45,251 nucleotides of DNA from Blastocystis sp. subtype 4 (lineage: Eukaryota). Of this stretch, positions 1-12,190 are shown piece after piece. Position numbers and translations under genes: made by a program. Position 1 is the stretch's first letter. Each line of letters begins with the position of its first letter. The notes under the pieces are model-generated. The model searched no databases, had not been told where the DNA came from, and saw nothing but the letters and a program-made list of their open reading frames with translations. The stretch is taken from the NCBI RefSeq assembly GCF_000743755.1, contig NW_014569496.1, positions 1-45,251 on the forward strand, given 5' to 3'.

Positions 1-839
1 AGTGATATTGACAGGATTAGAATGGGATAAGATGAACAGTTTTGAAAGTGTTTCTGTGTGTAGTATTGTCATTTGAAGTGTTTGATGAGAAAGAGTCAGA
101 AGAGAGTAACAAACAAGAGACGTTTCATCAAATCGAGAATATACTTTCACAATGTTATCACTGTTGATAACCAAATAGATATTTCCAGATTGGTTTACAT
201 ATAAGATAGGAACATTCTTCAGCCATAATACTGTAGTAACATCGAGAACACGTTGATGATCTTTAACGATATGACTACATATTAATGAGAAGAATCAGTT
301 GAACTTGCTCAGTGTTCCGAATATCCGATTTGCTCGATCTGAGAATTCACACAAAAAACCTGTTTCCGTTTTTCGGATGCTTTCAATTTGTAGTAGCATT
401 CGGTCAGAGCGAGTAAAGTGATTAGCCCGAATATCAGCAATGGATGTGTAATCATGGAGGGAAGCTTTATATCAATGACATTCATTTGCATACCATCAAT
501 AGTCCCATTGGATTGTAATAAAGCCATAACATACTCCCATCTTGTTGAATAGTCACTGCACTTGATCTTCTATTGGATATTAAAAAGAACTAGATCCAAC
601 CGTTTTTGTGTTATCATTTGTATCTGTTTTGTGTTTGGGTTGTTGAGTCATGAGACTTACTACGTCTTAGAGTTGACTAGAAAGTGTACCATCTGAGGTT
701 GACTCTACTGCAATCTTTTTAGGAGAACTTTGTGTGGGTGAGTCATTACTGCGTTTCTCTAGATTTGAGTAGAACATTATTTGCAACGTAGTGATGAAGG
801 AACTTCTAGACTGAATTCGTCAACATTGAGATCATCCAT
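1..839 (-). CDS. Hypothetical multi-exon protein (runs off the left edge of the window)
   Basis: ATG at 839 (MDDLNVDEFSLEVPSS) lies just after the upstream gene's TGTTTGTT (853-860). ORF fragments such as 309-527 are separated by short GT-AG introns. No family recognised. Confidence 0.55.
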
Positions 840-892
840 AATTGAAATGAGAAACAAACAATACAAAGGCACAAGTATTACACAAAAGCATT

Positions 893-2179
893 TCACTTTT
901 TATAGAATGCTTCGTCCAATGAAAATCTGGGATAGTCGTTGATGGAGACAGTACTCGCACCTCCACAATGTTCACCTAGAACTCATCACTTATCAAATAA
1001 CGATACCTTTGGCACAGGGAGCACGACCTTTGAAGAATTCAACATACCATGAGAAGGGCTTACAATGCAATTGCTTCTTTAGAGCAAGCCTTCCAGAGAT
1101 GTCTCCAATGTCCATTTTAGGTTTTCCACCAATCATTGGGGTTTTTGCCGCAGTATAATACTTCTGGAGGTATTCGCCATCCAACCACACGGAGGCTACA
1201 CGTAGATTGTTTCGAGTAATATCGTTCGCATTCACCTTATAAGGGAATTTAGAACGGAATGCATGCGCAACAAAGGAATCATTAGCTACACGTATTTTAC
1301 CGCCGCAGAGCCATGTTCGTAAAGAGATCTCAATATTCTCGCCTCCCCAACGTCCCAGTCCCGAATCCATCTGCCCCAGATTCCACCAGTACTTGCTTAT
1401 GGAGAACATACCCATAGTAATTGGTGAATAATCATCCTTCCGAGAACCTCCACCCCAGAAGATACCAAGAGTCCATGTGAAAGAAGCCGAACTTCCGATT
1501 CCCTGATGAACGGACATTGGACGATACGTATCTGGGTTCAGTTTGAAGTTGATAAAATTGACAATGGTTTTGGGATCCTACAATAAGACTCCAAACGATC
1601 TACTACTTCCATAAGGAATCGATAGGGGGTGTTCAGCCATCGTGGACTAACAAAAACATGTGCATCGATGAAAGCCAAAAAATCACCATGTGCTTCATTT
1701 CCACCAAGAATTCTGGCATTAATCAAACCTAAATTAGTCTCTACGAGTGAAACCACATACAAGATATCACTGGAACGGATGATCCGCACTCGAGAGTCAT
1801 TCTCCCATCCAGCAACAGGAATCGTTGATTGATCATCGATAATGACCACTTCCTTGAGAAGATGAGCAGGAGTATTCTCCAACACATTATCAACACTAGA
1901 TTAAAGCAATATCAATTAGATACGTTTTATTTAGTAACGGTTCATTGAATGTGACTATGATAACGGAAAACTTCTTAAGGGGTTCTGGTTCACTTACAAC
2001 TATATGACAAAATGATTCCAATTCCTACCTTGATATGTCGCTCGTAGTGCAGTCTTGTTATACTTCTTGATGGAAGAGGTAACCGGTGTGATTAGAGAAG
2101 GAATAAGAATAAAATGTTCAAGAAGTAATATTCCAACCAACACACATGCTAGGAAAAAATAAAAAGGAGCATTCGTCAT
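893..2179 (-). CDS. Polypeptide N-acetylgalactosaminyltransferase (GT27), catalytic domain only
   Basis: N-terminal TM anchor (MTNAPFYFFLACVLVGILLL). Motifs SVIIVTFNEP, EVVIIDDQS, GLINARILG, DxH (FIDAH), WGGENIEISLRTWLCGG, CKPFSWY. ~30-nt introns. Exact 3' exon uncertain. Confidence 0.9.
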
Positions 2180-2424
2180 TGTTGAAATGGAATAAGGGCT
2201 TATCAAAAAGTGGTGCCTATCGTACCGCAATGACCCAATTCGTCTTTTGTTATCTGGAAAGAAATGTGATCTAGATTATTCATTACTATTAGTACGATTG
2301 ATTGGTGTGTTACGTACGATTCGTAACCTTAAATTTATAGTTGGATTGCTGAACTCATTGCAGAAATCTCTCACATTATCGTTATTCCCGTGAGTATTCT
2401 TCAAATTATTTCAGTTATTATTTT

Positions 2425-4009
2425 ATGGAGGAAGATTTTGAGTATATTAGTAACTGTAATGGGTTTAGATGACAGGAAGATTCTGATTTGGAGAAGGAAG
2501 ATAATTGGGAGGATCTTCAACATGAGTCACAGGAACTAATAGAAGAGACGATAGATCAACCAGAGGAGACTTGCAAAATAAGCGTAGATGATTTAGGAAA
2601 GAAGTCATTCTTTTGTTCTGTTCTGATAGAGTAGATGTATCGAGGAAGTAATTGCTGTTGGAGATGATGATCATTCGATCCAACTAACAATTGATTCGTC
2701 GTTTGCCGTTTTTACGATTTCATGTCCGTCAAAGTGTACCTTGAATACTCTATTTGGTATTGTCGAGAAATACTTGTCGCTTCCTAAACAGTTTGCTAGT
2801 TTTCTGGGCAATACTACATATACTATTGCTGACAGTGCAAAACCACTAAATGAACTTGCTATTGAAAATGGAACACTGCTTGTTCTTGTTATTCATATTC
2901 CACTTATTGTTAATGGAGAGGAGAAGTCAATTAACTCTGCAGATTGCGTATCAGCGAACTATATCTATTTTTCGTTAGTAAGACCAACTAGTTGAATTGA
3001 CATCTAGGTGAATCTTCTGCCAGCTCGTGTATTCCGTGCTGAATTGGATTATGGGAAGTACTCGATGATTCTGAAGCCGACAGATGATCGCTCTCTGTTC
3101 GAAGTTATTCATTACAGAAGATCAACACTGAAATCGGTTATTGTTGAGTCTCATCCTATTGTTACTATTTCCTATCGTGGCTGTCAATTCTATCTCTCTC
3201 CTTTGGAGTGGAATTCATATGTAACCAAGGGAAATGAAGTTCGGTTGTTCAAAGCAGCAGTAGATTGTCTTCACATCACTTTCCCTGTTACTATGTTGTG
3301 GAGTGGGAAACCTCTCTCACAAAGGAGTGTTCCTGTTGCAGATGTATTTAGAGAACCATATCTCCGTGTATATGATGTAAGCATATAAAGGAGAATTGAG
3401 GAGTAGTTGTTTGTAGACCTCCCGAAGGGATTCAGTATTCTAAAGGTGAAGTTAGTGGACTACGACTGTTATGGTTATCCCACGAAACCATGCTATAAGA
3501 GTAGATGTGGTTCTTCTTTTAGACTATGTAGTTAAATACCCTCCCACTTGCTCGAAGGAAGAACTCATTCAGTACACAAAGAACGCTAAGACAGTAAGCG
3601 AAAAGCCAGCTAGTGAGAAGGATGACGACAGTTGGGATATATTTGTAGATGATGGTGCAAAGGTGTTGTTGCCGAGTAGTTGTGTGATATTATTACTATA
3701 TTAGGTGACTTATACAAACTGTATGAAGAAATTTACCAAGCTCAAGTAACCGTTTCTCAGAGAAATGTTGGTCAACGACAACGGAGTGATAAAACACAGT
3801 CGAATACGGGTCTGAGGACGAGAACAATTAGGAAGGATAATCAGAGTGAACAATCAAATTCTGACAGAGTGCCACAAGTCCAGTTGCATGTATCACCGAA
3901 TCAGAGATCATTTTCCAAACCAATGGGAACTCGTAAAAGAAGTGATCTTGTTCCAGGACAGAAGGTGGAACAACCTCATCCACAAAGACAGACTCGTAAA
4001 AGAAGATGA
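2425..4009 (+). CDS. Hypothetical protein, acidic N-terminus, possible ubiquitin-like fold(s), low-complexity basic C-terminus
   Basis: ATG 2425; chain of + strand exons (2741-2995, 3008-3388, 3471-3704, 3680-4009) separated by ~30-nt introns. The segment 'SAKPLNELAIENGTLLVLV' resembles a Ubl C-terminal strand. Confidence 0.55.
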
Positions 4010-4237
4010 AATGAGTTAATTCTATTTGTTTTGATACATGTTCTATGGATTGTAATTCAAGTGTATTATTTCTGTTTCTTGGAATGTATGAAATAATTTA
4101 CAGAATAAATGTAATCCTCTGAAGTAATTACTAATAATTGAATCAATTCCAAACGATTATTATTCTCTCCTTTCTGACTCCTGATAATTCATTCCAATTA
4201 ATCTGTATAGTTTCTTCATTCAAGAAAACGTATACAA

Positions 4238-4936
4238 ATGGAAGTTATTCTGAATAAGATCGAAGAGCAGTTGGAAGTGATTGATAAACAACTAGAGGGC
4301 TTTGGTACGGATAGAAAGTCGATGGCATTGTAGAGTACTTGAACAAAATTAGCAAGAAGATGAACATCCGTGTATCTCTGCTTTCGACAATTTCAATTCT
4401 CTTCTTGAGCATTTTCTGTTACATTGTATGTGGACCTTCTCTTCTTGCGTTCTTGTCACTTTATTCGTATCACGATTAGAAATATTATCGGTTGCGCATA
4501 TCCACTGTATTATTCACTGTCGTTGCTAATCTCTCATTCCTTTGAAGAGTATATTGAGATGTACGTGTTTTTATCTTTCACTTAAGTGTAGTATTGTATA
4601 CTGGTCTGTATTTGGTTTACTCTACACAATTGAATCCCTCTTTTCAAACATTAGTTACTAGTATGGCTTTCTTTTGACTCTATATTTGGCTAGTTTACCA
4701 TTTTTCTATCCTTTTAAGGTTTCGTTGTTACTAGCTTGTATCTCCAAGGAAACAAATGTTGGACTGTGAATATTTGCTTATTCCATAGTTATCGAAGGTG
4801 ATCTATGAAGATGTACTTATGAAAACCTTTGGACTTCCCGATCTGAGTGAGGCGAAGCGGAGTCAACTTGTGGAAACTCTTCAAAATTCGGACATGAATA
4901 GTATTCCCCAATCTATTGAATTACAAAAGAGTGACT
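4238..4936 (+). CDS. HVA22/TB2/DP1 (REEP/Yop1) ER-shaping protein; stop likely made by polyadenylation
   Basis: Spliced NIIGCAYPLYYS...YWSVFGLLYTIE...LPFFYPFK matches the REEP domain. Ends ...LQKSD then T(4936)-ATAT-TGTTTCTT. Confidence 0.85.
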
Positions 4937-4940
4937 ATAT

Positions 4941-4955
4941 TGTTTCTTGCAAACA
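4941..4955. terminator. Bidirectional GU-rich polyadenylation element (TGTTTCTT on +, TGTTTGCA on -)
   Basis: TGTTTCTTGCAAACA lies between the convergent REEP and NCKAP1 genes; each half is 4 nt from the partial stop of its gene. Confidence 0.75.
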
Positions 4956-4958
4956 GAA

Positions 4959-7900
4959 TCATGATTCTTCCTCATCACTATCTTCTCCAGCTGGGAGAAT
5001 ATACTCACTTGTAATATCACCAAACGAATCATCTCTATAATTGATTATTCAAGCCATTTCTACACCAAAGGACACAAAAACTTGTAGTGTTCAGAATGTT
5101 GAGTCAAATAAGTACAGTTTATCTGTATGAGATCTTTCAAGAGTTTGATTAGTATCTTCTCCTCTCCTTTTTGGGCTAACAAAGCCAATACCTTATCAAG
5201 CACGTTACACATATCAGCTTGACACTGAACCAACAGAGAGATTCCATGAACTGCTTCTATCAAATGCATGTCGACAAGCCTATACTGCTATGAATGATAT
5301 TATTCTTACGTTGGAATCTGCATGATTTGCATCAGAAACACTACTAATTCATCCGAGGAAATAAGGGTTGGAACACTCTTCAGAGTGTTTCTGAGACAGT
5401 CACAGCAACTGTCCACACAACAACGACACCTTGCTAATCCAAGGATCGCAGCATCAGGAGCAGTCAGAAACATCTTCTTACAATGACTGAGAAGCGACTC
5501 CTGTTCTGATGTACGAGTATCCTTCTTTTCCAACTCCGTTTGGAGTCCCCAGCAGAATGGGGTGATTGACCACGACATTCGAGCACATACTTCCTGAGCA
5601 TGAAATTCAAGTGTGGCCAACATATCCTCCGTGATTCCTATCTGATACAAATCCGTCCAGATATTCGAAAGGACGGTTCGTTGGACTGGAGCATCCTCAG
5701 AAAGCAGTCCGCTACCACGCAAGTTATCAAAAGCATCTTCCACCGACTTCATATGCTCTTTAATCTTCATACAGAATCCATCACAAATTCCCCTCAGATT
5801 CTCATATCCAATTAAGCGAAGAAGAGCATCAACTTGCTGTTGTGTGATCAGTGCACATGCTGGATGAGATGTTGTCGACGAAAACGATCTAGTTTGAGTG
5901 GAAAAACGACAAGAGAGGTCAGCAGTAAGATCACTCACAAGGGATTGAAACAGTTCTGTGTAGTAAGCGGTGAGATTGAATGCTTCTCGACATCCAGTCA
6001 TCTATGGATTATTGTGCTAGTTCCCCTGTACAATAGAATCAATATTTAAGGATGGAATGAGTTCGTTGAGGGTTCGCATTGTTCCATTCATAGTTAACAA
6101 TAGTGTCCAAACACGAGTTGGAAGAAGAAGATTAGTTTCACTTAGATTCTGGTTTAGACTATCTACAAACATATCAACACAAGCATTCTGAATTAGAGTC
6201 ACAGGTCTAAAATGTCACTCATACTGCTCACTCTCACCGTATGTATTGTTCTCCTTGTTGAACAACGCGATATCGTTGGAGAAGGACAATAGCAGAATTC
6301 AATGCTTCTCGATCGATACTCTCCCATACATCACATAGTTTTCCGCTCAGCAATTGCTCTTCATTCTTCATGATACTCTTCACTTCATCCATAACCCGTA
6401 TTTGTAATGCAGATAAAACTTGCTCTGTATGCTGAGCAAGTACCGCATCAGCTCCTCTTGGGAGAGTTTGTTGTGAGTGCGTCAACATATCAATCAAATC
6501 CAGAAAGTTGAATTGATACCCAAATTCTCCTCGAAGAGTGTAATTCTCATTACAAAAGGAATACATCATCTGATAGAAGGCAGCCAGATGAGGGATTTCT
6601 GTCCTTTGGTATACAAAAGCTTCGGGTTGTGTACTCACATTTCGCAAGAGACAGAATAACCACATTTGATTGACTAGGATGGAAGAGTCAGGATTCAGTG
6701 GTATCTGAACAGCAGCTCGCATCCAGTCATCGACAAGAGTGGCTTCGGCCATGCGTTGAGCGACAGGATCAGCTGAATGCTGAAGAATCGATTGAAGGGA
6801 CATTTCATACGATTGAACGAATTCAGTGACAGAGGGAATATTGTTAAGAAGTAGAGAACGCAGAGTAAGAACGACTTGAAGCAGAAGAGGGAAGGAATCA
6901 TCATGACTTGTAGCCATTTGCATATACTTCTCATTAGTTACAATGAAGAGTTGACGTTTATTCCGTACACTATTTACACAAGCCCATTCCAGTTCTGCTA
7001 AAGCAATTGATAGAATACTCAAGATTACAAAGAGATAAGGAGCAGTGATACCAGCATCACGATGGACGTTTTCAATCCAATGATTGATTAGTTCAATACA
7101 ACGTTGTCTTCGAGCGCTACTCTTCATTCAATCTCTCTTTCGTACATATGCTCTTCAGATGGGTTCATTCGTTTTAATGCTTTCTGAATAGAAACTAGAG
7201 CAGCCTTGTTCTCCTTTGTTTTGGTTGTTTTGGAAATTGCAGTCTGTAATTCATTGAACACAGTACTCACACAACAATCGGAGATACTCTCATTCCCTCT
7301 ACAAGTAACAATCTAATGGAAACTTGACATCCACCCAAGAGCACGCATCAACCACCCTTCTTCTGATTCTTCGATAGCAGTTTGAACGAGGAGCTGGGGA
7401 AGTAAAAGAAGGAGTAGTGAAATGGGACTGGCTGGTATATTTGATGCCAGATACAACCAGCAAGCTTCACTCACTAAATATCACATACTTATTGAATCAT
7501 ACACACCTGAGGTGGATCGGCTTCAACTTCCCATGGATGCAGCACAACTGAGTCATTAGTGAGAACGCTCTCTACCAACTGTATCTCACGATATACAGGT
7601 CCTTGCACCAGTGCCATTACAGTGTCAACATAACCTTCTTTTTGAAAATAGTCTCGAAGTACAGTCAAACACTGAGATGAGCAGAAAGGAAGTAGTTCAT
7701 TTTGATGTACTGTATCGCCAACAATCATATTCGAGAGCCAAAAAAGACCTGCGACGATTTCACAAGGGATACTTTCAAGCTGGAGGGCAATTCGAACGCA
7801 AGTACACACTAAGTCAACCGGAAGTAATGCAATTGCAAGGGGGACAGAGTCATTTAGAAAATACTGGCAAATACGATCTGCAAAAAGGGAATGAAGGTGT

Positions 7901-8297
7901 TTCATACATGAATTCATAAATATACAACAGGCTATAAGGATTATAGGAGTCCATTGGATCTACCGTGTAATTTTAGATAATGTTCCTTCAGTTCGATGGA
8001 ATACAGTTCATGGTTCTGAACAAACCATTCATACCCTTTGATAGAAAGATACTCTTTCTTTTCCAACATTTGGAATGATGATTGGAGCTAGATGTTGAGC
8101 CAATCCCACATCATACATATGAACGCAACTTTGTAATTTCTCCTTGTTTATAAATACTTGCATCGGGAAGCTTTTGGAAAAATAGTACTTCTTCATCAAG
8201 ATACCGACTTAGTTTCTATAACTCACTTTTTACTATCAAATCTTACCCTCGAATAATCAAGTAGATTCTTTGTAGTATTCAGAAGCTTGATATCCAT
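4959..8297 (-). CDS. NCKAP1: Nck-associated protein 1 (NCKAP1/Nap1/Hem), WAVE/SCAR complex subunit, divergent
   Basis: Helical protein of roughly 1000 aa. 'DAGITAPYLFVILSILSIALAELEW' matches the Nap1 'PGLLGPK...ALSFARDEIIW' region; 'DDWMR' and 'VDALLRLIGYENLRGI' match further conserved blocks. ATG 8297; TGA 4959-4961 (last exon frame inferred). Confidence 0.7.
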
Positions 8298-8360
8298 CTC
8301 CTCTGAGAATAAACAAGAGAGACAAAAAAGGGAGAAAATATGACATTTCTGTTTGTTTAT

Positions 8361-8368
8361 GACAAACA
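8361..8368 (-). terminator. GU-rich polyadenylation element (TGTTTGTC)
   Basis: 4 nt (ACAG) after the in-frame T at 8373 that ends the S1/P1 CDS. Confidence 0.75.
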
Positions 8369-8372
8369 CTGT

Positions 8373-9380
8373 AAAAAGTGTTATCTAAAGATGGAGAAAA
8401 AGACTGCATAAAACTAGCAAGAACAGAGGCGGTTCGACAGAGTGCTTCCGATAGAATAAGCTGAATGGTGTGAATCTGTTGAATGGAGGGGTGATGGGTG
8501 TTACGAAGAATCTTCCCTTAAATTAACAGAACAATAATACATCATAAATGACTTCTCCTCGTTGGTGAGATTCGAGAATGAGGCTCACAATATCATCATT
8601 CCATGGTTCCAAACGATACCAATCCCTCTGCATACACAAATAATGAAGATCCTCCACAGTTTGGTTCTACATGGAATCTCCAACTGAACAATACCTGGAT
8701 CATTGGATTATCTGTAAGCATGTGAAGATTCTTGAACCGAGATACGCCTACTAACGAATAGCGCAAACCACCAGAATCTCCGTTTGGATATTCATCCGTT
8801 ACCAGTTGGGTTACATGCATGGGTTGCATCATGTCACTAAGAAAGTGTAGGAGAAAAAGAAGAGCATCACCTTTTTCTTGAAGAGAATCTGTAGTCCTCA
8901 ACGTATACAATTCGTTTTCAATCGCTGAGTAGATATTTTCGACAGATAAATCAAACAGAGATGCTGGAATCGTCCTATGTGTCTAGCAATGAGAATAAAT
9001 AGACAATCCAACATAATTGTACGGAATATCATAGTAATGCCATGGAGCTGTATAGCGATACTTTCGTTTCCGTTTTATCACATCAGGTAGGCAAACCTTC
9101 CATAAACAATGGATGGCACTCCTACACTTTGTCGAACCGAATTCAAATGAATTAAATGTGAATTTACAATAGCAGATTCAGAGAGGATGGTCTTGACTTC
9201 TTCCTATGGTTTACGTTCATGGTTGTATTTTACAATCGAAGACGGTGGTAATAATGATTCAGCAAGATCAAACGATTGTTGATGTGCTTTACCTACTCAT
9301 GATACCCAAAAATCAAAGCAACATCCCCAAGACTCAGCTACTTCGAGTAAAGCTAGGAGAATCAATTCGAAGTAGATCAT
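8373..9380 (-). CDS. Secreted S1/P1 nuclease (3'-nucleotidase/nuclease); stop likely made by polyadenylation
   Basis: Signal peptide MIYFELILLALLEVAES followed by mature WGCKAH. Motifs PDVIK, PWHYYDIP, HFLSDMMQPMH, GDSGG, NLHMLTD (zinc ligands kept) and C-terminal helix LSEALCRTASVL. Confidence 0.88.
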
Positions 9381-9572
9381 GGAATGAACCAAAAGAACAC
9401 ATGAGTTCGATGATTAATAACTGGAATTACTGAATGTTGATGGAATTCAAACACTTTTCTCCTTGGTGTTTGCTTATTATTCAATTCTATGGACACACAT
9501 TTTTAGATGACTAGTTACTTGGAAGAAGCTGGACTCAAATCCTCTCAAACAAACATATCAAAGATACATAGT

Positions 9573-11205
9573 CTACAGGACTCTCCAACCACCAATACAG
9601 TTCAAAACCCAGTCTACAGTCACCACATTCATACCACTTTTCGAAGTCAGACGATCAACGATTTCCACAACTCGCATGTCCCGCCCTCGACCACTCATGT
9701 CATTCATATCACGAACACAACCACATCGTTGCATCAAATCGATCAAAATGTTCAGTGGAATTCCACCTCCTGTGTCTTGGATTCGGATAAAGAAGAAGAT
9801 GCCTGAGAATATCCCTGGTTGACCCTTCTCATGAGCGATTCGAGACATTTTCGGTGCATTAACAACATTTGTTTTAAGATCTCCTTTCACTTCAAACTCG
9901 TCTGGAGGGATTAGAGAATTCGAAGCGAGATTAGCTTCGATCCAGTCCATTGTGACAATCCAGGCGCCACTATATCTTATGATGGGAAGGATTATTACTG
10001 TGCCAGTCCATATAAGTACTTTACAGTGCGTTTACACCAGCCATCCTTTGCTCGGATAACTAGGATGAATCGTTGAGCTCGCTTCCTTCGATTCTTCCCT
10101 CGCATTGGTTGGCGTGCAGGTATGGTGACATTGGGTGGAAGTTCTGATGGATTCGAGGCGTCCACAAGAGAAGTCTCATGTGGGAAATCCTGCATCCAGA
10201 GGATACTAGCACGAGAAGCGAAGGCACGAATGCGATCCATGTTGGAAGAGGAGAGAGATGAGGTAATGATGATATAATCAGATATGACAAAGTCTCCACA
10301 TCGGAGGAGTTGGGTTTGAGGAAGTTCACGCGAATCTGATGGTACCGAACTATGTTGGTCTGTGGGAATAGAAAGATCAGGTGAAGGTGATGGGATCTTT
10401 GGAGTGGCATCAGAGATAGGAGGAGGTACATTAGAAGTAATTACCAACAAATCAGAGTGGCGAGAGTGTACATTGGTATCATCTGACGTTCCATTAAGAA
10501 CACCAGCTACCTTCGATATAGTCGCAGACGTATTAGTCTGGATATTACTAAACGAAGTAGTGTTCTTGGTCGAATCAACAGTACTCCGAACCTCTGGATG
10601 ACAGCACAAGTAAGTAAAGGCATCATTACTACTGTCACTGACAATTTCCAGATTACGACCATTACTGAGTCCAATAGTTTTAGAAGGAGATTTAGATCGT
10701 TTTGTTGATTCACGGCGACACTTCTTTGGACTACTCATGGGAGATTGAGTCAATACACTCTGCTTCATTCCGTAAACACCAGGACTAACACGTTTCAGGT
10801 CATTAGGCATGCCCATATCACTACAAACTCGCTCAATCGCTTCTAGTTTGGATGCCAACGATGTCTATGAGTTAAGCATTGCCCATTCTATTACATAAAG
10901 TGGGTCTGGGACAACCTCACTCCGCTTCAATTGTGTGCCACATACGGGACACTTTCCAGCCCTTCGAAGCAAAGGAGATGCACATTTTCTACAGTTGAAA
11001 TACCTCCATTTCTCCTACTCACACAAACAATGATTACAAGTCAGTCGATACGCATGATCGAGAAGACGCTGACTAAGACTCAAAGTGTAGTAAAAATAAA
11101 CTACCAATGATTACAAACCAGTTCCGAATGAATAGCATTGATTGAAGCAGCCTTTTCAGAAGAGAGGGTAACCCGTGCATTATCCCGCTTTTGCTTGGAT
11201 TTCAT
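9573..11205 (-). CDS. BRCA1/BARD1-like protein: N-terminal RING finger plus tandem C-terminal BRCT
   Basis: Spliced ELVCNH..LTCNHCL..KCPVC RING. BRCT signatures KRTVKYLYGLA..WIVTMDWIEA and VVTVDWVLNCI. S/P-rich linker; no ankyrin repeats seen. Confidence 0.82.
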
Positions 11206-11389
11206 CAATTAGTAGCAAGGACCCAATCAATTTCCAGGGTCTTGATTCAATAACAGAGAAAGAGTGATTGGTAAGAATATGGTGGGAATGCGAAAAGAAG
11301 GTGGAACTGAGTTTATGGAACCAATTTCTGATGATTATCGTAAGGAAACATGAGTTGGTAGTCGTGTCACTTTATCCTTCATTGCCGTA

Positions 11390-12120
11390 ATGTTTAAAGT
11401 GGTTCTACTAGGAGAGGGTTTGAAAAATCAGTATCCATGAATGATTAGGCCGTGTAGGAAAGACATCAATGATCAAGCAAATCATGAAGAAGAACTTTAC
11501 AGAGAATGAAATCTCAACTACACAAGCTTCTCATTACCAAAAAGTCGTCAAACTAGATAATCGTGTAAGAGGTGTTTCATTTAGTGGATTCTAGAATGTA
11601 ACATTAGACATCTGGGATACAGCTGGACAGGAACAGTATCACGCACTTGGACCAGTGTACTATCGTGATGCCGGTTGGTTATCAAAGATATTGTAATATT
11701 GTAGATGCAGCTATTTTGGTATTTGATGTAACAATGAAAGAGACCTTTGCAATGGTCAGTTATAGTGTTTCGCCTAATTTCTAGGTCAAATCGTGGGTAA
11801 AAGAGATATCATCGACTTGCGAGAAAGATATTGTGTATGTTATTGCCGGTAATAAGGTCGATCTTATCGAAACACCGCAGATGGAGGAGGCTTGGCAGTT
11901 CGCAAGGAGTATCAAGGGAGAATATATTGAAACATCTGCCAAAACAGGAATCAATCTAGATCTCCTTTTGCTAACCGTTGCCAAAGGTGATTCTTGATGG
12001 AAAATGTTATTTGTAGCATTAGTAGATCGATATGAAACAACTTCAACTACAGATATGTATTCTTTGTCTGCTCCCTTGTTAGTGTCTGAAGAGCCCGAAT
12101 CAAAGAAGTGCTGTTGCTAA
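11390..12120 (+). CDS. RAB21: Rab GTPase, Rab21-like
   Basis: Spliced [54 protein letters not shown]-terminal KKCCC prenylation signal; TAA at 12118-12120. Confidence 0.88.
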
Positions 12121-12190
12121 TTTTCTTGTTCTTTTATCCATGTCAACTCTTTGTTGAAAATATGAGTTTGATTGACAAGATTATTCTCCA

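Noticed and set aside
8350..8368. Inverted repeat TGTTTGT-TTATG-ACAAACA as a bidirectional element
   Set aside because: There is no plus-strand gene upstream to use the + copy; only the minus copy is supported, although an antisense-transcript terminator cannot be excluded.
9558..9575. Possible TAG read-through in the BRCA1-like gene (VL*TMYL then T|GA exactly at the poly(A) position)
   Set aside because: Single case. It is equally explained by a recent nonsense change trimming 5 residues, a short UTR, or an alternative final intron.
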